A stretch of DNA of 56,141 bases, taken from the NCBI RefSeq assembly GCF_041956535.1, contig NW_027192228.1, forward strand, positions 1 through 56,141. Reading direction: 5' to 3'. Both the position numbers and the translations under genes were made by a program. Below, piece by piece: positions 46,719-56,141 of this stretch (the stretch's first letter is position 1; every line of letters begins with the position of its first letter). The notes beneath the pieces were generated by a model. It searched no databases, was not told where the DNA came from, and saw only the letters and a program-made list of their open reading frames with translations. The DNA comes from Calcarisporiella thermophila CBS 279.70. Lineage: Eukaryota > Fungi > Calcarisporiellomycota.

Positions 46719-49700
46719 TCAATCCATCTCCATGGCCTCCATTGTATCCTCTTCAATATCTTCGTCTTTCTGCTCCTCATCTCTCTCCTCCACTTCCTCC
46801 TCCCCCTCCCACTCCACTTCCAATTCAATACTTTCGTGTGCCACTGGTTTTGCGCAAACTCGCGCTTCCACCTCCCCGAAAAGCGACAAGAGACAGCACT
46901 CGTCCAAGAAGTAATCCAGCTTAGCATTCTCCGATTGCAAATCAGCCACAAGCCCATCGAGGAAACTTTCCGTTGCGCCACGGAACCGATGGGCACGAAG
47001 CTCTGACTTTGGAGTAGAGAAATGGCATTCGTTCGGAGGGATGACCGCCAGGGTTGCAAGTTCTATTGGGCAAGTTAAGAGATTTAATATTAAAGTCAGA
47101 ACTATAATGGATATTTCTCTTTTAGATCCGGCCAAACACCCTCTTACCCTCTTCTTTGTCGTTCACCGCTTCCAGGGTCTTGTAAAGTGCCGTCTCCTCC
47201 AACCTTTCCTTTAGCCCTTCATCCGACACTCCCTTCGTCCTGTGGCCAATCTCGTCCCATTGGTCATGAAGGTACACTCTACGCCAGATCCCACGCAGAA
47301 CAGTATCTCGGCGGGAAGCGGGTATATCGGAAGAGTGCGCGAGAACCCGTAGGGCAACGCGAAAATCGTCCACCTCTTCCGGGGCGGAGTTATCCTTAAG
47401 TATGAGTGCATCAATGAGATCTTCAGTCGGTAGGGTGTGTCCTTGCAGGAGTGTCTTCACAAGTCGCAAGTAGTGCTATAGAAGAATGGCAGTTGAAAAA
47501 TAAATCAAAGCAAAACAGAATTAGCATCTTGAAAGAGAATTGGGCCAAACTGAATGTGAATTTACCTCACGAAGAGCGGGCAGGTCGCTTAAACCAGCCG
47601 CTACTCCTCTAACAATCAACTCTGCACGATCCTCCAGTCGGCGTGGTATATCCGCGCCTGCCATCGCGAGCACTTCTCCAAAAGCTTTTCTCAACTCCTC
47701 ATGGACTCGTACAGCCTCCAAGGTTCCATCCAATTCCCCAATATCCTTCCTCTCGTCGTGCTCTGTCGCCTCCTCCGAAGCGAGGATGCAGAGCTTGGCG
47801 ATGCTGACCATTGTCTTCTTCTGTGACGCATCGGCTTCATGCTCCGACTCAGCGACAAGCTTCGAGCTAGCGCGTGCAAATTTGCCCAGTCGAATATCGT
47901 GTAGCCATGAGATAGAGGGTTGTGGATTATTAGCCAGGAACCGATCCAACATCTCGTCATAGAGTGGATCTTGGTCAAGAAGTGTGTGGAAATGTCCTAG
48001 TGTTGCACAAAAATATACAACAACCAAGTTTGAATGACAAGATAATATGGGGATATATATGGAGATTATTCTTACCCTTCTCCAAGTAATATTGAAATAG
48101 AACGTTTGCAAAGGATTCCCCGTACTTGTTCATGTAAAATTGTAACCGTGCGCGTCCCTCCTCATCCTCGTGCTCGTCCTCAGCACACAACTCCACGAGG
48201 GTTTTGTAGTCGCAGTATTTCTCCGCCAGCGTATATGCAACACTCTTGCGGCCAATGGCAACTATTCAAAGCATTCATTATAATTAGAAAAAAAACACCT
48301 GGAGATTGGATTTTTAAGCATTCGATTGCTACCTAATGGACGAACTACCCTCGATCGCACCTCATCATATCTCTCCCTCAAAGTCCTCAATTCCCTTTCA
48401 GCACCCCCTTCTCTTTTTTGCTCCTTTTCCCCTTGTTCCTCACTCTCATGCTCAGCCGTGCCTTCCAGGAATCGAATGCGCTCTTGAAAAGTCGCAAATA
48501 CTATATTCGCTAGCTCACAAAGCTGCTCCTGCAGTTTTGTGATCACCTGTCGTGTCCCCATTACCTCCGAATCTTCGTCTGCTTCGTCGTATAGGTCATC
48601 TGAAGAGGCATCACGCGATAGTTCGCTCAGGGAGCGGTCAGTGGCCTCGTATTGAGCCTGGAGGGCATCGATGAGCATGGGTGAGTTGGTCCAGCTTTCT
48701 ATCGAAGGCAATTTGTCCTGGAGTTGATAGAGCTTTGCATTTTGCATGCGGAAATCGTACGCTGACTTCAACACAATCTAGAGGAATGAGGGAATAAGCT
48801 CAACCGTTTCGCGAGGTATTCCGTGTAAAATTAATGCCTACCAAGAATATCTTGTTGGATTCGAGAACAAATATGCCTCGCTCACTCGGGGTTTTTCGCG
48901 TGCCAATCGCCTCCCATACAAGCGCCTGAATGTGCTTGAAAATTTTGTCCAAATATGCGATCTATGGAGGAAAGTTGGTAAGAATGGGGTGTGCCTCTTA
49001 AATAGGGTCTAGAATTTCGGCTGATTACATGTAACCGGAAAAAGTGCCGAATATTATCGTCTTTTGCTGCCTCGCCGAATTCCTTAAGGCACTGATCAAT
49101 TGCATACGCAAGAATGCGAGTGTGGGGTTTCATTGATTTGTCTCGGCTAAAAAAATTGATTAGAATCCAGTTATAGATATGAAAGCAATGATGTTTTACC
49201 TTAAAAGCGCGTTCTGATATTGCCACAGCTGAACGGCGGCGGCCATCTTTTCGGCATTGATGCACAACTTGTATCTAGTTGAGGGTGTTAGCTAAGTCAA
49301 GCGTTAATCTCCGATATAAATGCTCGATAAAGCAAGTGAAATTACTTTGTTGGTCATGTCGTTTACGGAAATAACTTTAATAATAGACGCTATGCGGTTG
49401 AACCGTTCTTGTAGTTGGGGACGCAATTCCGTGTTTGTGAAGACGAGGTGAGGAGATCCTACAGAGCGAAACCAGGTTAACATATGTATTGAAATTCTTT
49501 TTAAAAATTAAAATATGCTGACTTGTTTCTAGAATTTCTTGACTCAACTCCAGGGCAGCTTTGTTCAAATCACCCCCAGTGTCACGCGAGAGCCTGAATG
49601 CAAGCGGATTCTGCTCTTGGCCACTAAAGAATACAGCGGTTTCGAGTTGAGCTTTGAGGTGGCTGGTCATTTTGACCTGTTCGTCCACCGATTGAGACGG

Positions 49701-51788
49701 CATGCTAACAAAATAGAGGTGGTAAGCATAAATACCCCCAAACCCTCTAAACGCAAGAGGGGTGACTTCTTACCCAACAACGTCGACGGCCTCTCTCATT
49801 ATTTTTCCGATCTCCATCTCAAATCGAAGAACACCGATAGAACTACACACTGCCCACAGTGCACTCCTATTTTCTGCATCGTGGCTCCATATTTTCGATT
49901 TTTCCACGCCGAAGCCGATAGTCCGATCCACTGCAGGGTTCTTCATGGGCATCGACTCTTCGAAGTCGGAACCACGAAGTAGTGTAGTCATGACAATAAT
50001 GTCAGGTAACACAACAAATACGGAGGGACCACCATTGGGAAGTGCAACACGCGGACGGGTGTGGTGCAGTGGTGCTTGGTACTAAAATTGTCATAACGAA
50101 TGAGATAATTGCTCCATGATACAATTAGAAATACAACTACCGTGGTATGCTTGATATCTCGTCTTGACATAATATCGTATGAACCATCATCGCATTCGGA
50201 GAGCGTAATTAGCGCAAATGCGTACAGAGGATCGGAACGCATGCGCACCTCGCGGGGGTTAGAAATATAAGAAATAACAACGATCACCTCGTCCTCTCTA
50301 TAAATGAAAAAAAGACTATTTAGTTATGATTGAATAAGCAGGCAATTATTAGACGCACCTTGAATAATCCATGTCCCATAATTGCAGTTCGAGTGAGCGC
50401 ATATCTTCACTCTGCTCCATATCCTCCAGTAGACGCTGTGCAATTAACGTCCAGATATCTTGCGTCATAATTAACTGTAAAACCATCAAAGCATTGTTAG
50501 GTTTGATGGTATTCCAAATGATGTCCATATAAGTTGCTATACCTTCTCCGGATAAGATTTCGAAACGGACCATTTTTGAAGATCACCTTTAGTCATCACA
50601 AAGATTTCTCTACATGATTCAGAAATATTAAGCAAACACCCTGCAGAAAACCACTGCTTTTATACATATATGTACACGTACCTTGTATGTCGCCCTTCTA
50701 GTTTTCTCCCGGGTACTACCGCCATTACTTCTTTATTTTTGCGCAGCTGACTCAAAGATAAATCATCTGCATTGTAGCCCAGAAGTGACCCTACCCGAGC
50801 AAGTACACCGACGGGACGCGACAGGGGTGCATAGGAAAGGCTAACTAGTTGTCCACCTGCACCAGTACTGGTGAGAGATATGCGATATAGGTGGGACGAC
50901 GCCGTGGCAAAAATAAATCCTATAGGCTATCTCCAGGAAATAACAGATTAATCAAAAATGTCGAGTTAACCATTTTAAATCCCTCAAAGAATTACATCAC
51001 AATGCACTAGACATGTCCCGTAGTCGCCCTCATTCAGATATATACGCATACTTTTATAGCGATCAGTGTGCGAAAGCGCATAAGCTAAATTCTCCCAGTA
51101 GCGGAACTCGCCCTCTGGGGAACAGGCGAGTAAACCCACACTCTTAGATCCACTCCTTGAAGGCACTATGCATACAAGAGATGTAGGCACATAAACCCCT
51201 GAACTAGTGCTATCGCGCAACCGTAAACTTGTTTTCGGTAGAGGAAAGGTGTAGCAAGTTGGAAGTGTTTTGCTATTTCCCTACAAATGCACGTAGGGAG
51301 GATGGAGTTAGTTGAAAATTACATGCAAATTTAATAACAAGAGGATAAATTTAAGAAAGATACTTTACCCGATCATACAACCACACCATGCATTTTTCCT
51401 TGCTCACCACAAAAGCATACCCACTATTCACATCGGCTCCTCCGGAGAAGTTTTCGCGGTAAAAGTTAGCCCCTTTAAATACGCGTGCAACATCGGTTGG
51501 CAATTTTCCGGCTAGCAACACTGCATGCTTTTGACTCTTTGCGAGCACAGTAGAAAGCTCCTCGCGTTCATCGATGCTTTCCTCAACCAGCATGCTTTCC
51601 TCATCTTGGATTGAAGGAGGTTCAACCGGCTGTATTGATGGCCACGGAGCAGAGAGATACGTTGATGGTTTAGGAGGAGGAGAGGGTGAGACTCCTGGAA
51701 CTGAAGAAGGTGAGAGACATGGCGTTGGCTCCCGGGAGACAAGCGCGGAGGCAGTTTTCTTCCGCACTGTTCTTGGAGCAGTGAACAT
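46719..51788 (-). CDS. NUP133: Nucleoporin Nup133 (multi-exon)
   Basis: N-terminal propeller segments (GYAFVV...VW, GLLACSPEGEFRYWE) and C-terminal ISWLHDI...SIAKL, DLIDALILK and IWRRVYLHDQW, plus an acidic tail. Confidence 0.85.
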
Positions 51789-52488
51789 GTCTATTACACT
51801 TTACCGAAGGGATCAAAATGCCGTTCAAGATCTTACTCTATTCCTAAATGACTGTTGTTTTCGCGTCGCTTGCCATTGTGTGGCTTGGATTTCGCAGCCA
51901 ATTTTATAGTTTTCATTAATTTGTCTCCAAAATGACCATAGCAACTGTGTTCAATAGAATATGTATGTGCATAAATCTGAAGTAAATTCCACCTATATCA
52001 ACATACAAGATTTTTATGCTTTCTCTTTCCTAAAAGCACTCCAAAGAAATAGTTTCAAGTATTTTTTTTATTTGATCGTTTGATCAAATAAATTTTCACT
52101 AATAGAACACCAAGAATAATAACAATAATTTATAAAGTACGAAGACAGCGCTTTATAATCTTCAGTGATGAAGGGTTTTATTTGTTTTTCAGCCGTATAA
52201 CTTGTATTTGTTGCATTTAGGATGCTCACAAAAATTCAACTAGAAACTAGAGGGCATATATCACCAGAGTGCTGATAATATTTATTTAGCGAGATTAATT
52301 CTTTAATTCCTAAGCCTATGGTCACAATTAAATAGAATTTGGGAACAAAGAGTGAAATTACAAGCCACAGGTTGCATCGAACTTTGAAATAAAAACACGT
52401 CGAGGACACTATTAGGTTCCTCCTCTTTTTTTCAAATTTCCTACCTCATTCGCCCTATTCCGTTAAAGAGGCCACGGTTTAAGGAAAG

Positions 52489-53611
52489 ATGGTAAGTCTT
52501 TAACCCCCTCTTCCTACAGGATGGGTGAATGGCATGTTAGTTTCAAAGGGTTAATGTGATGGATGGATGGATGGATGGATGGGAATTTATTGAATATGAT
52601 CGCCAATGTAACTCATCAAATATTTTTTTTTCTCGCTTTCTGTTTAGCCGTTCGTCAAACTCGTAAAGAACAAGGCTTACTTCAAGCGCTACCAGGTCAA
52701 GTACCGAAGACGCAGAGGTAATTATCAATTTACACACAACTCTACCATTCAAATCTTTAACTCAATGATTCCACATTCCAGAGGGTAAGACCGACTACTA
52801 TGCTCGCAAGCGTCTCGTGACCCAAGCTAAGAACAAGTACAACTCGCCCAAGTACCGCCTCGTGGTCCGCTTCACCAACACGGACGTCATCTGCCAGATC
52901 GTCTATGCCAAGGTTCAGGGTGATTTCGTTTTGGCTTCTGCCTACTCTCATGAATTGCCCCGCTATGGTGTCAAGGCTGGTCTTACCAACTGGGCTGCCG
53001 CTTACTGCACTGGTCTCTTGGTCGCTCGTCGTGCCTTGACCAAGCTCGGTTTGGCTGATAAGTACGAGGGTGTTGCTGAGCCCGATGGCACTGTCTCTCT
53101 CGTCGAAGAGCTCGACGATGCCCCTCGCCCCTTCAAGTGCTTCTTGGATGTCGGTCTCAAGCGCACCACGACTGGTTCCCGTGTCTTCGCCGCCCTCAAG
53201 GGTGCTTCCGATGGTGGTATCTTGATCCCCCACTCCGAGACCCGCTTCCCTGGCTACGACCGCGAGTCGAAGCAGCTTGATGCTGAAGTGCTCCGCAAGT
53301 ACATCTATGGTGGACACGTTGCTGAGTACATGAGCTCTCTCCAGGAAGAGGATGAGGAGAAATACAAGCGCCAGTTCTCGAAATTCGTTGAGGCCGGTAT
53401 CTCCGCTGATGACCTTGAGGGTATCTACAAGGCCGCCCATGCCGCCATCAGGAAAGATCCTGCTCCTAAGCCCACTGAGAAGAAGAAGCCTGCTGAGGGT
53501 GAGAAGATCAAGCTCTACAAGAAGCAGCGCCTCAACCTCAAGCAGCGCCGCAACAAGGTTGAACAGCGCAAGGCTTGGTTCGAGAAGAAGTCTGCTGAGG
53601 ACGATGAGTAA
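52489..53611 (+). CDS. RPL5: 60S ribosomal protein L5 (uL18)
   Basis: The ATG is followed immediately by an intron. [36 protein letters not shown] and GASDGG are present, with strong codon bias. Confidence 0.97.
52558..52582. repeat. (GGAT)n microsatellite in RPL5 intron 1
   Basis: About 6 tandem GGAT units. Confidence 0.8.
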
Positions 53612-54471
53612 ATAAGGAATTTTGCAAAAAACAAAAACATAAGCCCCTTTGGGATTGACTTGTCAATTTAATAAAAATTGAATATGGTTCTAACTCGAAG
53701 CAAACTTTCAATTGATTCTATACGTTATTCCAATTCCATGCTATAAACTATAAATATCGGTGGTATAGTTTATGATAATGCAAAACTCATTGTGAGAGTA
53801 TTCGGCAGTACACAATCGGTCAAAACTGTAACTGATTTTCCAATAAAATAAACCCAAATATCTATATTTCTAAGGCAGAGCGCTTAATGGTTATTTACTG
53901 GATGAGATAAAAATATGTTGCGGGGATAAATTGGGAAAAATCAATAGTTTAATAACCAAAAAAAAACCATTATTCAAAGCCGTAAACATTGAAAGAAAAA
54001 AAAGTACTTCTGGTTCAATCTAGTAATGATGTGGGGGTACACAATGTATAATATCTATTCTTTACCACCAGTATTATTTTCTCAATATTAATCAGGTAGT
54101 ATCACTCATTAAAGTTGACCCAATTTTAGCACTTAAATAAAAATCTATGATAAATTGTCAGGCAAGATCATAAAAATATAAAATTAAACAAATCAAAAGG
54201 TTAAAACGCAAGATAGTTCTTTCATTATTAACAATAATATAAAATATTATAATTTATAATTTAAATATTCAAAGCTAATAATAATACAATTTTGAATATA
54301 TAAAAAATCAAATGGAATATCAACTATAATAATATTACTTAATTGCGAGAGTAAGTAATTAACATCCAAAAATATAAAGGTCATTATTAATATAATGAAA
54401 TTATAATAATATATAGAATAATATTATAATAACTATAAGTGTATTAGGCTGTGTTTATGCTGAGCTATTGT

Positions 54472-56141
54472 CTAATAGGCTGGAGTTTTTTCTACTTCTA
54501 TTGGGGTTGTGGGGTCAGCAGTAGCAGTTATACTTGCTCCCTCCTCAGGCGATGCCGTGGATGAATATAGGATCGGCGTTTCCTCATCGGTAGTGTTGTG
54601 ATATGTTGTCGAAGTTGATTCTTTAGAAATAGAGAGATCAGTACTGCTTGTTGGCTGCTCTGAAGTAGTCGTTTCGGATATGTCAGAAGTACTAGTGATG
54701 GATTCTTCAGGAGCAGGTGTAATCATACTTGAAATGGTAGAAGTGGGCCCCAACGAAACTGTTGGTTCTGAGACTCCTTCTGAAATTGCAGAAGTAAATT
54801 CTATTGTTGGGGATGTGAATGGGATTGCATCAGATATTGCAAAAGTTATATCTTCTGTGGTTGTTGCGGATGTGATTCTACCTGGACTTGTGGAATCCGA
54901 TCCATCTATAGTTGTTACAAGTGAGGTGGTGGGCGTGTTAGTAGCTGTGTCTGAAAAGGCTGTGGTTTCCTCCATCGTTTGCCTCGTAGACGCTTCTTCT
55001 GTACTCTTAGTAAATATCACATTTGAAGATGTAATAGATGTCGACGCTTTTGTAGAGGTAAGAGTCGACTCCGTTGTGATCGTTGGTGTAACAGATTCGC
55101 CTGGGTTCGCAGGATTCATTCCATCCAGAGTGGTTGAGGGTTCGATTGTACTCGAAACAGTAAAGGTTGGATCCCCTAAAGTAGTTAAAATCTCAGTCTC
55201 ACTCAACCTCGTGGTGTGTTCCTCGCTTGGAGTGGCTGTAGGAGCGGCTCCATCATTAATCGTGAAAGTCGTTTCTTCTGTGGATGATAGTTCTACAAAG
55301 TCTCCTGGACTTGATACTTGTGCGACATCTAGAGAAGTTGTGAGAGGATTTGCACCTGGAGCCGTGAAGTCCGGGGCATCTGGAGCATTTGTAGCTACAG
55401 ACCCCTCCAGATGGGTAACGACAAACTCTTCTGGAGGAGTGGTAAGTGGGAGAGCATCTGGTAATGTGAAAGTCGGCTCCTCTATGGTTTGCGTGGCTTC
55501 AATTTCGCCTAAAGTCGTAGCCTGCTTCCCGCTTGTAGTTACTGTGGGCATATTTGTATCCAAGGACGTGAAAGCTGGCTTACTCACGATCGACGTTACT
55601 ATACTACTGGAACTTATGCTCGGCTTCTCATCTAGTGTCGCTGTGGGTACATTTATATTAGAATGCGAAAGGGTTTGCACTTCTGGGATTGGTGTACCAG
55701 CAAAACTTTCGGGGGTTGTGGTAAATGTCTCAACTGGAACTGCGGGTGTTGGTGAACTGGGAGACGTAAAAATTGTTCCTCCTGGGATCCTTGTACCTGT
55801 AATTTCTCCTGGCGGCATTGTGTCTGTAATTATATCAGAATATAAGGTATAGGAATGTACAGCCTTAGATGTGGCGGTGAGTTTTTTTGATCTCGTGAAA
55901 CTCGGATTTTCAGGGACTGTTGTTGACGTAGGTGGTTCTGGAATTGTGTGAGTTGGCTGCGTAGACGATTCTTCAGATACTGACATGAATGCTGGTGGGT
56001 TTGGAATTGCGTTAGTTGGCTGTACAGGCGAGTCTCCAGGCACTGGCGTGAACACTGGTGGATTTGGAATTGCGTGAGTTGGCTGTGCAGGCGATTCTTC
56101 AGGCACCGGCGTGAACATTGGTGGGTTTGGATTAATATGGG
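54472..56141 (-). CDS. Mucin-like Thr/Ser/Pro/Glu-rich repeat protein (5' end beyond the window)
   Basis: Long open frame of low complexity. 20-aa (60-nt) tandem repeats such as PNPPVFTPVPGDSPVQPTNAI lie at the window end, followed by degenerate 34-aa repeats. Confidence 0.82.
   Translation of the reverse strand, partial: HINPNPPMFTPVPEESPAQPTHAIPNPPVFTPVPGDSPVQPTNAIPNPPAFMSVSEESSTQPTHTIPEPPTSTTVPENPSFTRSKKLTATSKAVHSYTLYSDIITDTMPPGEITGTRIPGGTIFTSPSSPTPAVPVETFTTTPESFAGTPIPEVQTLSHSNINVPTATLDEKPSISSSSIVTSIVSKPAFTSLDTNMPTVTTSGKQATTLGEIEATQTIEEPTFTLPDALPLTTPPEEFVVTHLEGSVATNAPDAPDFTAPGANPLTTSLDVAQVSSPGDFVELSSTEETTFTINDGAAPTATPSEEHTTRLSETEILTTLGDPTFTVSSTIEPSTTLDGMNPANPGESVTPTITTESTLTSTKASTSITSSNVIFTKSTEEASTRQTMEETTAFSDTATNTPTTSLVTTIDGSDSTSPGRITSATTTEDITFAISDAIPFTSPTIEFTSAISEGVSEPTVSLGPTSTISSMITPAPEESITSTSDISETTTSEQPTSSTDLSISKESTSTTYHNTTDEETPILYSSTASPEEGASITATADPTTPIEVEKTPAY

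Noticed and set aside
52492-52647. Possible intronic snoRNA in RPL5 intron 1
   Set aside because: TGAT-containing motifs are present, but there is no box D (CTGA) and no H/ACA layout; only a GGAT microsatellite.
52757-53440. 227-aa minus-strand ORF
   Set aside because: Antisense to RPL5; explained by its strong codon bias.
54680-55852. 390-aa plus-strand Val/Ser/Gly-rich ORF
   Set aside because: Antisense shadow of the Thr/Pro-rich mucin codons.
1-56141. CRISPR arrays, rRNA, tRNA, or telomere-specific retrotransposons (TRAS/SART-like)
   Set aside because: No repeat-spacer array, RNA-gene signature or reverse-transcriptase motif seen.

Overview
This window is the left end of a fungal chromosome. 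The lineage is probably early-diverging (Zoopagomycota/Mucoromycota-like), inferred from short GT-AG introns with CTAAC-type branch points, a Crinkler domain, Git3-like GPCR paralogs and fungalysin. It opens with a pentameric (CCTAA)n telomere tract, i.e. TTAGG rather than the usual fungal TTAGGG. About 32 kb of AT-rich, gene-sparse accessory subtelomere follows. It holds an unknown multi-pass membrane ORF next to the telomere, an SDR, a ~980-aa HeLo-domain protein, a broken epoxide hydrolase and two 7TM GPCR paralogs. It also holds a block of putative antagonism genes: a MiAMP1-like peptide, an 8-Cys peptide sharing its promoter module, a tail-anchored Crinkler-N protein and an NlpC/P60-like hydrolase. 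Tc1 relics, a GST, a GMC oxidoreductase and an M36 fungalysin complete this part. From ~33 kb the region is dense housekeeping genes: an ankyrin/AT-hook protein, a complex I subunit, an alpha-arrestin, a nucleoside hydrolase, a PAK kinase, Nup133, RPL5, and a mucin-like repeat protein that runs off the right edge. Exon structures were deduced by eye. Family calls come from remembered motifs, not database searches.
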